Assembly: GCA_964640055.1 (NCBI GenBank)
Contig: CAZXFH010000004.1
Coordinates: 26,016 to 90,015, forward strand
Direction: 5' to 3'
Origin: an uncultured bacterium
Lineage (GTDB): Bacteria > Fidelibacterota > UBA2242 > JAFGTP01
DNA length: 64,000 bases
Within the stretch, counting starts at the first letter, position 1. The number at the start of each line of letters is the position of its first letter. The position numbers were made by a program, and so were the translations under genes. This document shows, one piece after another, positions 36,089 to 45,483 of this stretch. A model generated the notes under the pieces. It searched no databases. It saw nothing but the letters and a program-made list of their open reading frames with translations, and was not told the origin of the DNA.

Positions 36089-37362
36089 TGCACTTCCAAT
36101 TCTTTAAAGAGTTGCGCGGTTTCGCGTTTATAAATCCCCAGGCCGGCGATCATGGACCCCAGGGTGGTCGCCAGGAACCCCGGGAAAAACCCGATGTAAT
36201 AGCTGGTAACAGTCACCCGGGCCCGGATGACATTGGGCATCAGCATGGTGGAACCGCTCATCATATCCTCCATGTTGACGCCGTGGGCCTGCATATAATA
36301 AGAGGCGGCCAGTCCCAGGGCCGTGCCGATTACCGAGCCGATAAAGCCGATCATCACCGCTTCGCCGATCATGGTGCGGTAGATGTGTCCCTTGTCCTCG
36401 CCGATGGCGAGCCGCACCCCGTATTCACCATAGCGGCGCAGGGTGCCCATCAAACCGGTATTCCACAGAACAATTGACATGACAACCACAAAGATAGCCA
36501 CAATGATCCCGGAGAGGTAATCCACATACTGGAGCATACTGCCCAGATCATTCTGCTCGCTGAGCTTTAATATAGTCGGGGTGAATTCGCTATCATCGGA
36601 TTGGGAAAGGGATGCAAATTCCTGAACAACGGCGCTGGCCCGCTTTTCCTCATATCGCCCATCCTTGAAAAACCCCAGCAATTCGCCAGCGGCGTCTTCC
36701 ATATTCAGTGCTGCCTGAATCCCACTGATATCAGCGATGACACCGCCGCGATCCATGGCCTGCACACCGAAATGGACTGTGCCCACTATCTTGAAATTCT
36801 GCATGGCCATCCCGCCGTACATGCCGGAGCTGATCAGCGTGGCTTGGTTGCCCAGCTCTATTTCCAGCTGCTGGGCGAAATTCTCGCTGACCAGGATTTC
36901 AAAGGACTCTTGGGGCAATCGCCCCTGCACCAGAGCACCCCGGATATCCAGTCGCTCCACTTCTCTACTGGACGGATGCAGCAGATCAACGGCTATACCG
37001 GTGGCCGGACCCTGGGAGCGGGTCTCGCCCTGTTCATTCGGAATATCAATCAAGCCACCAAACATCATACGGGGAGTCCACTGCAGTTCCGGGAATTGCT
37101 GCGCGAGTTTCCGGCGCAATTCCCCGACATTAAGCAGAGCCAAATCATTGGGTACCTGTTCCATCTGGGCTTGATAGGCTTTAGTGACGACCTTGACATG
37201 CCCGGTATAAAAATTGGCATTTGTACTAATGATATCGGTCATTTCACCTTTCATGAAGCTGTAGAGAAAAACCGTGATAAAGACACCCATGGCAGTAACA
37301 ATCAGCGGAAAAAGCGAGCGGGAACGATCCCGGATCAAGCCGGTAAAAAGAAACCAGATCAT
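36085..37362 (-). CDS. ABC transporter permease, FtsX/MacB-like (pair 1, 425 aa)
   Basis: N-terminal TM, large periplasmic domain and C-terminal FtsX-type 3-TM bundle. Same length as 38650..39927 and colinear with it. Both end in LFKELEVQ. Confidence 0.8.
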   Translation of the reverse strand: MIWFLFTGLIRDRSRSLFPLIVTAMGVFITVFLYSFMKGEMTDIISTNANFYTGHVKVVTKAYQAQMEQVPNDLALLNVGELRRKLAQQFPELQWTPRMMFGGLIDIPNEQGETRSQGPATGIAVDLLHPSSREVERLDIRGALVQGRLPQESFEILVSENFAQQLEIELGNQATLISSGMYGGMAMQNFKIVGTVHFGVQAMDRGGVIADISGIQAALNMEDAAGELLGFFKDGRYEEKRASAVVQEFASLSQSDDSEFTPTILKLSEQNDLGSMLQYVDYLSGIIVAIFVVVMSIVLWNTGLMGTLRRYGEYGVRLAIGEDKGHIYRTMIGEAVMIGFIGSVIGTALGLAASYYMQAHGVNMEDMMSGSTMLMPNVIRARVTVTSYYIGFFPGFLATTLGSMIAGLGIYKRETAQLFKELEVQ

Positions 37363-38531
37363 GACATTTTCCCCCTCAATGCATCGGTTGGTTTCAGGTT
37401 TGCGATTTTACGGGTCGGCAGGTAACTCACAATGGTGACGCTTACGAAAATCAGAATGGTTGTGCCAATAACGAGGCTGGCACCGTAGGTTGGATAGAGT
37501 GCCTCGCCCAGCGGAATGCCAAAATCGCTGGCATACTCCGGCATGGCAAAGCCGGTATTCGCAAACCAGGTTAACAGCGGAACGCCGTAGACAGCCCCCA
37601 ACAGGATCGCCAAAATGGCATGCATGGCGCCTTCCAGGGTGAACAGCCGGATCAACATGCCGCGGGTCATGCCCAGGGAAATCAGCGTGCCCATCTCCTT
37701 GCGGCGCCGCCAGAGGGACAATACCTGGGTATCGAATATCGCCAGCAGCGCCATCGCGAGCAGCAGAATATAGACAATCGAACCGGCGACTGTTTTTGTC
37801 TGGACGATCTCATCGATCTCCTTGGTCAGATACTGTAAATCCCGGAAAACCCAGCCATCGGCCTGGGTGATATTTTGAGCCTCCTCGCCGCGGACGACCA
37901 GCGTGGCTTCGCCGGGCATGCCCAGCATGGATTGCAGCGTTTCCAGGGGCAGCCAGATCTGGCCCTTATCTACTGAGGAAACTGTGGTATGCATGATCTC
38001 CACAATTTTCACCTCTTTGGCATCAAAGGTCCCCTGGGCGTCACGCCAGCGAACAGTGATGTAATCGCCCCGCTCAAGTTTCGAATTCTGGGCCATGCGC
38101 GTACCAATGACGCCCGGGAGCTCTGCTTCCGCGGTCTTCATGGCCTGGGTGGGAATACCCAGGATGTCCTGTTCCGGAGGGATGCCTTTCAGGGCAATGG
38201 TTTTGATCCGGCCTTCCGGATAAATGGTGCCCTGGGTGATCAGGATCGGAGCCACTTCGCCCCGGACGGCAGCCGCCTGCAAATTTTCCGGGATTTTTCC
38301 GTGGCTGTCCTCCAGGGTCAGCGGATCATAGGGATCGTATTCCGGATGCCAGAACTGGCCCGTGCCCATTTCCATCTGGATCAGGGCATCTTTGGCCCGG
38401 TCAGCCATTCCTTTGTACAAGCCCTGCAAACCGATAATCAGAACGAAAGCCAGCGAAAGTACGATCACATTCAGCCAGGTGCGTACCCCCGCCCCGATTA
38501 TATTTTTTAAAGCTAAATGAAACGTTAACAT
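37359..38531 (-). CDS. ABC transporter permease, FtsX/MacB-like (pair 1, 390 aa)
   Basis: FtsX-type topology with WRRRKEMGTLISLGM. Paralog of 39924..41096. Confidence 0.8.
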   Translation of the reverse strand: MLTFHLALKNIIGAGVRTWLNVIVLSLAFVLIIGLQGLYKGMADRAKDALIQMEMGTGQFWHPEYDPYDPLTLEDSHGKIPENLQAAAVRGEVAPILITQGTIYPEGRIKTIALKGIPPEQDILGIPTQAMKTAEAELPGVIGTRMAQNSKLERGDYITVRWRDAQGTFDAKEVKIVEIMHTTVSSVDKGQIWLPLETLQSMLGMPGEATLVVRGEEAQNITQADGWVFRDLQYLTKEIDEIVQTKTVAGSIVYILLLAMALLAIFDTQVLSLWRRRKEMGTLISLGMTRGMLIRLFTLEGAMHAILAILLGAVYGVPLLTWFANTGFAMPEYASDFGIPLGEALYPTYGASLVIGTTILIFVSVTIVSYLPTRKIANLKPTDALRGKMS

Positions 38532-38649
38532 AATGACCTTCCTATGATAGCTGAAAGGATGCTCCTAGAGATATCCTGTTGTCCAGGTGTTGGTATAAGT
38601 GTCCCCTGCGGAATAATTATTAATAGAATAGAAAACAAGTATATGTGTT

Positions 38650-39927
38650 TCATTGAACTTCCAATTCTTTGAAGAGTGCGGCGGTTTCGCGTCTGTAGAT
38701 GCCGATCCCGGCAATCATGGACCCAAGGGTGGTGGCCCCAAATCCAGGGATAAATCCCACATAATAGCAGCCCGTGGTTATCCGCGCCGTAATAACATCC
38801 GGGATGAGCAGGGTGGCATTGCCCATTAAATCCCCGATATCAATTCCGTGGGACTGCATATAATAGGCAGCTGCCAGCCCCAGCAGCGTGCCGAGCACTG
38901 ACCCGACAAACCCGATTATCAGAGATTCAGCGATCATGAACCGATAGATATGTCCCTTGTCTTCGCCAATCGCCAGCCGGATACCATATTCACCGTAGCG
39001 ACGCAACATGCCCATCAAACGGGAATTCCAGAGCACAATTGACATGACCAGAATAAAGATCACCACCATAATACTGGATACCACATCTACATAGGCCAAC
39101 ATGGAATCCAGATCATTCTGGTCGGTCAGTTTGAGGATTGTGGGCGCGAATTCACCCTTCTCTGAGCCATACAGATCGGCAAATTTTTGGACCACAGCCT
39201 GGGCCCGCTCACGGGTATATTGACCATCTTTGAAATAACCCAACAACTCACTGGCACCGTCATCCATATTAAGTGCTTGGCGGATCCCGCTAATATCGGC
39301 GATAAGTCCGCCGCGATCCATGGCCTGGATGCCAAAATGGACTGTTCCGACCACTTTGAAATTCTGCATGGCCATGCCGCCATACATGCCGGAGCTGATC
39401 AGGGTCGCTTGTTTACCATTCTCAATTTCCAGATCATGGGCAAATTCCGCACTAATCAGAATTTCAAAAGGCGTCTGTGACAAACGCCCGCTGACCAGTC
39501 CGTCCCGGATGTCCAGGCGTTCCAGCTCATCACTGGCGGGATTCAACAGATCCACAGCCATACCAGCGGCTGGTCCCTGGGCCCGGGTCTCCCCCTGCTC
39601 ATCCGGAATGTCCAGCAATCCGCTGAAATGGATGCGCGGTACCCATTGAATCTGCGGAAACTGGCGAACCAGTTTTTCCTGTAATTCCGGGACTTCAAGC
39701 AGCGCCAAATCGTTGGGCGCCTGTTCAATATGGTCAGCATAAGCCCGAGTGACGACTTTCACATGGCCAGTCTGAAAGTCCGCATTGCTGGTGATGATAC
39801 CCGTGATTTCACCCTGGATAAAACTATATACAAAGACGGTCAGCATCACCCCCAGGGAGGTCACCACTAACGGAAAAAGGCTCCGCGACCGATCACGCAA
39901 TAATCCGATCAACAAAAACCAAGTCAT
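38650..39927 (-). CDS. ABC transporter permease, FtsX/MacB-like (pair 2, 425 aa)
   Basis: Colinear paralog of 36085..37362, for example ATLISSGMYGGMAMQNFK and RRYGEYG(V/I)RLAIGEDKGHIYR. Confidence 0.8.
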   Translation of the reverse strand: MTWFLLIGLLRDRSRSLFPLVVTSLGVMLTVFVYSFIQGEITGIITSNADFQTGHVKVVTRAYADHIEQAPNDLALLEVPELQEKLVRQFPQIQWVPRIHFSGLLDIPDEQGETRAQGPAAGMAVDLLNPASDELERLDIRDGLVSGRLSQTPFEILISAEFAHDLEIENGKQATLISSGMYGGMAMQNFKVVGTVHFGIQAMDRGGLIADISGIRQALNMDDGASELLGYFKDGQYTRERAQAVVQKFADLYGSEKGEFAPTILKLTDQNDLDSMLAYVDVVSSIMVVIFILVMSIVLWNSRLMGMLRRYGEYGIRLAIGEDKGHIYRFMIAESLIIGFVGSVLGTLLGLAAAYYMQSHGIDIGDLMGNATLLIPDVITARITTGCYYVGFIPGFGATTLGSMIAGIGIYRRETAALFKELEVQ

Positions 39928-41096
39928 GAGAATTTCCCCCTGAGTGCATCGGTCGGCTCCAGTTTGGCGATTTTCTTAGTCGGTAGGTAACTCACGATGG
40001 TTACTGCGATAAAGACCAGGATAATCGTACCGATGACCAATCCGGCGCCGTATGCCGGATACATGGTTCTACCTAGCGCCATTCCATAGGATTCCACGTA
40101 CTCCGGCATGGTAAAGCCGGTTCGTGCAAACCAAGTGAGCAACGGAATCCCGTAAACCGCCCCCAACAGAATCGCCAAGATTGCATGCAGCGCTCCTTCT
40201 AGGGTAAACAACCGGATCAGCATGCCGCGCGGCATGCCCAGGGCCATCAGGGTGCCCATCTCCTTGCGGCGCCGCCAGATGGAAAGCACTTGGGTATCGA
40301 AAACCGCCAGGAGTCCCATGCCGAGCAGAAAGAAGTACAGGAAGGATAGGGAGACATCCGACATCTGCTGGATCTCATCGATTTCTTTGGTTAGATATTT
40401 GACATCCCGGAAAACCCAATCCCCTGCGGAAGTCATGTCCCGGATGGCATCCCCACGCACAATCAGGGTCGCTTCACGCGGCATGCCCAGCATCTTCTGC
40501 AATTGCGCCAATGGCAACCAGATCTGGCCGTTATCTATTGACTGCACAATGGTTTCCATGATCTGCACAATGCGCACATCAGCCGCATCATAGGTGCCAT
40601 GGACATCCCGCCAGCGGACCGTGATATAGTCACCCACACTCAGGTTGGAATGCTCCGCCATATTGCTCCCGATTAAGGCTGGAATATCCGCTTCACCGAC
40701 AGCCAGAGAACGGGTTGGCATTTCAAGGATGCTCTGTTCAGGGGGAATACCTTTCAGCAGAATAGGCTTGATCCGCCCCTCCGGAAAGATCGTCCCCTGA
40801 GTAATCAAAACCGGAACAGCATCTCCTTCGGCAACTGCGTTCTGCAAATTTGCCGGAATCTGTTCGTGGCTTTCATTCAGCGCGAAGGGATCATAGGGGT
40901 CGTATTCCGGATGCCAGAACTGACCGGCGCCCAGCGCCATGCGAATCATGGCATCCCTGGCGCGGTCGAGCATGCCCCGGTACAACCCCTGCATGCCAAT
41001 GATCGTGACAAAAGCCACGGAGAGCACGATCACATTCAGCCAGGTGCGCCCTCCGGCACCCATGATATTTTTAAAAGCCAGACGCAAAGTGACCAT
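39924..41096 (-). CDS. ABC transporter permease, FtsX/MacB-like (pair 2, 390 aa)
   Basis: Colinear paralog of 37359..38531, for example GQFWHPEYDPYDP and LIRLFTLEGA(M/L)HAILAILLGAVYG. Confidence 0.8.
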   Translation of the reverse strand: MVTLRLAFKNIMGAGGRTWLNVIVLSVAFVTIIGMQGLYRGMLDRARDAMIRMALGAGQFWHPEYDPYDPFALNESHEQIPANLQNAVAEGDAVPVLITQGTIFPEGRIKPILLKGIPPEQSILEMPTRSLAVGEADIPALIGSNMAEHSNLSVGDYITVRWRDVHGTYDAADVRIVQIMETIVQSIDNGQIWLPLAQLQKMLGMPREATLIVRGDAIRDMTSAGDWVFRDVKYLTKEIDEIQQMSDVSLSFLYFFLLGMGLLAVFDTQVLSIWRRRKEMGTLMALGMPRGMLIRLFTLEGALHAILAILLGAVYGIPLLTWFARTGFTMPEYVESYGMALGRTMYPAYGAGLVIGTIILVFIAVTIVSYLPTKKIAKLEPTDALRGKFS

Positions 41097-41106
41097 AAAA
41101 AATATC

Positions 41107-41808
41107 CTATGCCTTTACGATTTCATCGGCCGCAACCTTGCCATCTGCCAGCGATATCTTGCGGCGCAAATATTGGATAACCTTTTCATCATGGGTGGCA
41201 AAGATAAAGGTGGTCTGCAGCTCCCGGTTCAACTTTTCCATCATCTTTAGAATATTGTGGGAATTGGCTGCGTCCAGATTGGCCGTGGGTTCATCAGCCA
41301 GGACAAGGGCCGGCTTTTTGACCATGGCCCGGGCCACGGCAACCCGCTGGCACTCACCACCGGAGAGCTGCGCCGGCTTGGATTTAATCTTATCCATGAG
41401 TCCCACCCATTCCAGGGCATCGCGGATCATGGTATCCATCTCCTTGGCGGTCAGCTTTTTCAAGAGCAGCAGCGGCAACTTTACATTTTCATAGACCGTG
41501 TAGACCGGCAGCAAATTATAGGTCTGGAAAATAAATCCCATGTGATGGTTGCGCAGGGCTGCCGCCTCCTTATGGGAGAGCTGGCTAATCGGCTTGTCCA
41601 GCACCAGGGTTTCTCCTTCTGTGGGCGAATCCAGAGACCCGATAATGTTCAACAGGGTCGTCTTGCCCGATCCGCTGGGCCCGACAACACCGGTAAATTC
41701 CCCTTTGTCAAAGGTGAGATTGATATCCTCCAAAGCGCGAAAGGTGCGCCAGCCTTTGGTATAATCCTTGACTAACGACCGGATCTCGATCAGGGCTGCA
41801 TTCTTCAT
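41107..41808 (-). CDS. ABC transporter ATP-binding protein (LolD/MacB-type)
   Basis: 233-aa ORF with Walker A GPSGSGKTT, signature LSGGECQRVAVARA and Walker B LVLADEPT. Confidence 0.9.
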   Translation of the reverse strand: MKNAALIEIRSLVKDYTKGWRTFRALEDINLTFDKGEFTGVVGPSGSGKTTLLNIIGSLDSPTEGETLVLDKPISQLSHKEAAALRNHHMGFIFQTYNLLPVYTVYENVKLPLLLLKKLTAKEMDTMIRDALEWVGLMDKIKSKPAQLSGGECQRVAVARAMVKKPALVLADEPTANLDAANSHNILKMMEKLNRELQTTFIFATHDEKVIQYLRRKISLADGKVAADEIVKA

Positions 41809-41824
41809 GGTTCACCTACCTTAT

Positions 41825-42916
41825 TTAATGATTATATATAAACATAACCTGCCCCCCGTAGCCAGCTCCGGTCTGACCAGTCGGAACGGTTGCTTGGCTG
41901 CGGGGATAATGGAAAAGAGCCAGATTTAAGATTATATTATCATAAGTGCGCTGCCAACTGAAATATTTATAAAAGTCCCCCGTCTCCCAGGTATAGAACC
42001 CGATTGCAGAGAGATTATCAAAGATTCCCACCGGATAATTTGCCATCAAGGCCGATACATGGATCATGTCACTAGTGTGCAGAAGGTCCTCATAGTAACG
42101 ATTAAACATATGTTCACCAACGACGTAGAGACCATTACCGATCCCAAAAGTATAATCGCAACCGACGGTCATTGTCTGATCCCACAACTCAGAGAATTCC
42201 CTAAAACGGTTGAACTGCACGGCTTCAAACCAAAACCCGACCACAATGTCCCAGCGGCCGTCAAGTGCTAATCGGGATTCCCGTGATTCCCGAATCCCAT
42301 TATCAACCATACGCCGGTGAAATGTGCAGGCCATTTCTCCGCGGGGAAACGGCAGCTGCAGGCGCCCGCCAAACTCTGGTTTTTTTCCCTGAGTAGGATA
42401 GACCTCCAGTCCTTTGGGGTCTTCGTTGCCATACAGACCCCATAACCATACATTGGCATTATTCAGGGTATAATAGCGGGTCAAGAGCCCCCAAACCCCA
42501 TCGGTTACCCCCAACGGATCGCGCGGATCCAACCGGTCAAACCACATTAAAGCCCGTAAGAGCCGGGCAGGACCAAAATTGATTTTCTGTAATCCGCCCC
42601 GGAGCTCCCAGCGGCGGGTGGCCAACCGTAGCTTCAGACGATAAAGATCTGCCTTAACAGCCGGGTCGGCTTGGGTATCGGCGTAATTGTCCAGCGCGGC
42701 TTCCAGCTCCCATTGGTAGCGATTTTGCTGCGGGGTATACAGGTATATCCTGGGAATATAGCGCATCCCTAATTGACCATCATATTGGTCCTGCTCATAA
42801 AAACCGGTCCCGTAGGCTGACAGCTGTCCGCGAAATTTATATTCCCTGGCATTTAAACCCAGTGATAATAGGCAAGCCCATAATATGATCATGCGTTTCT
42901 TAATAATTACCCCCAC
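41825..42916 (-). CDS. secreted hypothetical protein, possible outer-membrane beta-barrel
   Basis: 363-aa ORF with a signal peptide (MIILWACLLSLGLNA). Alternating aromatic/Gly-rich strands are suggestive. No family was recognised. Confidence 0.4.
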   Translation of the reverse strand: MGVIIKKRMIILWACLLSLGLNAREYKFRGQLSAYGTGFYEQDQYDGQLGMRYIPRIYLYTPQQNRYQWELEAALDNYADTQADPAVKADLYRLKLRLATRRWELRGGLQKINFGPARLLRALMWFDRLDPRDPLGVTDGVWGLLTRYYTLNNANVWLWGLYGNEDPKGLEVYPTQGKKPEFGGRLQLPFPRGEMACTFHRRMVDNGIRESRESRLALDGRWDIVVGFWFEAVQFNRFREFSELWDQTMTVGCDYTFGIGNGLYVVGEHMFNRYYEDLLHTSDMIHVSALMANYPVGIFDNLSAIGFYTWETGDFYKYFSWQRTYDNIILNLALFHYPRSQATVPTGQTGAGYGGQVMFIYNH

Positions 42917-43518
42917 TATTCCTGATTTCTTGCTCGGACATCATCGGCCACAAAACCATAGGCAAAAAAGGCATTAACTTCCCGGATAAAGGCTTTATAA
43001 TCAGGGTACAGAGCAGCCAGTTGCTTATTCCGCAAGACTTCAGTCATCTTGTCAGCCAAAGCGATCAGTAATTCCGGTCTTACATCCGGACGGACTTCTC
43101 CACGCTCTTTAGCTCTTTCTATAAATTGTTTGAAACGCTGATAACTGCGGGCTTCATAATCCTTTAAAAATTCCTTTAAATCGGGATTTCTCGCTAAATA
43201 TTCGGCAATCATCTGATCACTCAACTGACTTAGAAAATCATTCTTGAATTCGATAATCTTTCTGATCTTCTCGGCAAAGGAGATCGGCATGGCTTCGATT
43301 TCCGCTACCCGGGCATAGCCCTCTTCCAGCCATCTATTCAGCACATGTTTAACCAAATCATTTTTGTTGTTAAAATAGCGGTAAAAGGTCATCTTGCTGG
43401 CTCCGGCTTGCTGACAGATTTCCGTCACCGTGACCCGTTTGATGCCAAAGCGCTGAAACAACGCCTCGCCCGCGTTGACGATCTGATAAAATTTTTTGGT
43501 TTTTTTTAAAGGCGACAT
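42916..43518 (-). CDS. TetR/AcrR family transcriptional regulator
   Basis: 200-aa ORF with N-terminal HTH RVTVTEICQQAGASKMTFYRYFNNK. First gene of the ABC operon. Confidence 0.85.
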   Translation of the reverse strand: MSPLKKTKKFYQIVNAGEALFQRFGIKRVTVTEICQQAGASKMTFYRYFNNKNDLVKHVLNRWLEEGYARVAEIEAMPISFAEKIRKIIEFKNDFLSQLSDQMIAEYLARNPDLKEFLKDYEARSYQRFKQFIERAKERGEVRPDVRPELLIALADKMTEVLRNKQLAALYPDYKAFIREVNAFFAYGFVADDVRARNQE

Positions 43519-43592
43519 CTTTGCCCTTTATAATTTCTAATGTCGATTTCCCTCTAATCTAAGCCTCCCCGCCTTACGTGTCAAGTAATATA

Positions 43593-43626
43593 TTACGATA
43601 TGTGTAATTGTATACTACAATCGTAA
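43593..43626. promoter_or_regulatory. candidate TetR operator (nested palindromes) in the divergent intergenic region
   Basis: ttacgat...atcgtaa outer arms (43593-43599 / 43620-43626), with inner attgta-tac-tacaat (43607-43621). It lies 75-110 nt upstream of the tetR-family start. Confidence 0.4.
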
Positions 43627-43713
43627 CATTATATGATAAGTGTCTACAAACACGCTTTCTTACAAAATAATTTCATATAAGACTGCCCATTTTTTAGCGA
43701 AATCGCTTAAATT

Positions 43714-44838
43714 ATGGCAGTTGTAGCAACGGAGTCAGATGTGATACAATCCGCTCTCCTGTCAAAAGAAAAGCAATATAACCGCAATAAGATCACTATC
43801 TCGGTGGTTGAATTTATCTTGGGACTGCTTTTTTTAAGCCTGTTTGTCACTCTGGGATACAGTCTCAAATTGGAGGGCTGGCTACGACAATCTCTACAGC
43901 ATGATTATCTGGTGCTGATTCTGTTCGTTATCATCCTGGGCACATTAGAGTCGCTGCTCTTGTTTCCCCTCTCTTTTATCTCCGGATATGTGCTGGAACA
44001 CCGCTACGAACTGAGCAATCAGACCCTGGGCAGCTGGTTATGGGAGAAGCTCAAAGGGGTACTGGTAGCCGCACCGCTGGGTCTGATCCTGCTGTTGATT
44101 TTCTACTGGGTCCTACGCCATTTTCCACAAACCTGGTGGCTGATCATGGGCACGGTCATGTTGCTGTTTTCCGTGGTGCTGGCTGAGCTGGCGCCGGTAT
44201 TGATCTTTCCCTTGTTTTATAAATTCAAGCCACTTGATGATCAGGATCTGGCGGATGATGTCCGAAAATTATGTCATCAAGTCGGTATGCAATTAGAAGG
44301 CGTTTATCAATTCAATCTCAGCAAGAGCACCAAAAAGGGCAACGCCGCCTTTACCGGACTGGGCAAAACCAAGCGGGTCCTCTTGGGCGACACCCTGCTT
44401 GACAACCTGAAAAAACCGGAAATATTGAGCGTCTTAGCCCACGAGCTGGGCCATTACAAATTAAAACACATGTGGAAAAATATACTTGTAAGTATGCTGA
44501 CCACCTATCTGGGTTTATATTTAGTGGCCTTGATCTATAAGCAACTCTACCCAAGCTACGGGGAGCACCCCTGGTCTGTTGCGGCCCTGCCCCTGATGGC
44601 CATCATCCTGACCCTATACCAGTTCGTCACCACTCCGGTCGTCAATGCCTATTCACGATACAACGAGCGTCAGGCTGATGACTTTGCCAGACAATTGATC
44701 GGGGCAAGTGAACCGCTCATTACGGGTTTGCAACAGCTCTCCCAACAGAATCTGGCCGATGAAGACCCTCATCCGCTGGTGGAATTATTTTTCTACAGCC
44801 ATCCGCCGATCAAAAAACGACTTGCCCGCCTGCAGTAG
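43714..44838 (+). CDS. M48A (Ste24/CAAX prenyl protease 1-like) zinc metallopeptidase
   Basis: 374-aa polytopic ORF with HEXXH as LAHELGHYKLKH, an N-terminal multi-TM region like Peptidase_M48_N, and a C-terminal SHPPIKKR. Confidence 0.75.
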   Translation: MAVVATESDVIQSALLSKEKQYNRNKITISVVEFILGLLFLSLFVTLGYSLKLEGWLRQSLQHDYLVLILFVIILGTLESLLLFPLSFISGYVLEHRYELSNQTLGSWLWEKLKGVLVAAPLGLILLLIFYWVLRHFPQTWWLIMGTVMLLFSVVLAELAPVLIFPLFYKFKPLDDQDLADDVRKLCHQVGMQLEGVYQFNLSKSTKKGNAAFTGLGKTKRVLLGDTLLDNLKKPEILSVLAHELGHYKLKHMWKNILVSMLTTYLGLYLVALIYKQLYPSYGEHPWSVAALPLMAIILTLYQFVTTPVVNAYSRYNERQADDFARQLIGASEPLITGLQQLSQQNLADEDPHPLVELFFYSHPPIKKRLARLQ

Positions 44839-44882
44839 GCCCTACTTCCAAATCTTACCTTCAAAGCGAGGGATAACAATCT

Positions 44883-45413
44883 ATGGCAAAAGAAACAAAA
44901 GCGGCACCGCAACCCCGGAAGCACCAGCCCAACCTGGCCGGTGAGCACCATTGGGGAGATGCCGGACAGCTGCTCCTGTTATTCGTTTTTCTCCTGGTTT
45001 ATACGATCGATTCTTTCTGGCTGGAATATTCAACCTTCCTGAATGAGCTTATCTCACCCTACATTCGCATTCCGCTGGGCATTGTTTTTTGCGGCTTGGC
45101 GGGCTGGTTATCTTTTACCGGTTTATACACTGTTTTTGGCAAGCACGATACCACTGCCCGGGTCATACAGGAAACAGTTTTCCGCTTTCTGCGGCATCCG
45201 ATCTACCTGGGCGCTATTTTGGTCTATCTGGGGCTGTTAATGTTCTCCCTGTCTCTCTTGGCTGCCCTGGTCTGGATTGTGATCATCTATTTCTATCACT
45301 TTTTAGCCATCTATGAAGAGAAGTTACTTTTAAAAAAGTTCGGCGAAGAATATGCGGCCTATATGCAGACGGTGCCCCGCTGGATGCCCCGGCTACGACG
45401 CAACGCTCCTTAA
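44883..45413 (+). CDS. isoprenylcysteine carboxyl methyltransferase (ICMT)/phospholipid methyltransferase family protein
   Basis: 176-aa membrane ORF with FRFLRHPIYLGAIL and C-terminal EEKLLLKKFGEEYAAYMQTVPRW, typical of the ICMT/PEMT fold. Confidence 0.7.
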   Translation: MAKETKAAPQPRKHQPNLAGEHHWGDAGQLLLLFVFLLVYTIDSFWLEYSTFLNELISPYIRIPLGIVFCGLAGWLSFTGLYTVFGKHDTTARVIQETVFRFLRHPIYLGAILVYLGLLMFSLSLLAALVWIVIIYFYHFLAIYEEKLLLKKFGEEYAAYMQTVPRWMPRLRRNAP

Positions 45414-45483
45414 ATACCAGTATTCCAATCGACAAGCTGAACTGAATTCGCTATTTTAAACCACGTCTGATCGGATTATTGTT

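Noticed and set aside
36601-37425. 274-aa plus-strand ORF, plus several 100-170-aa ORFs on the plus strand across 36088-41775
   Set aside because: These are antisense to the FtsX permease and ATPase genes, which have strong family signatures. The Gly/Pro/His-rich translations are typical of reverse frames in GC-rich coding DNA.
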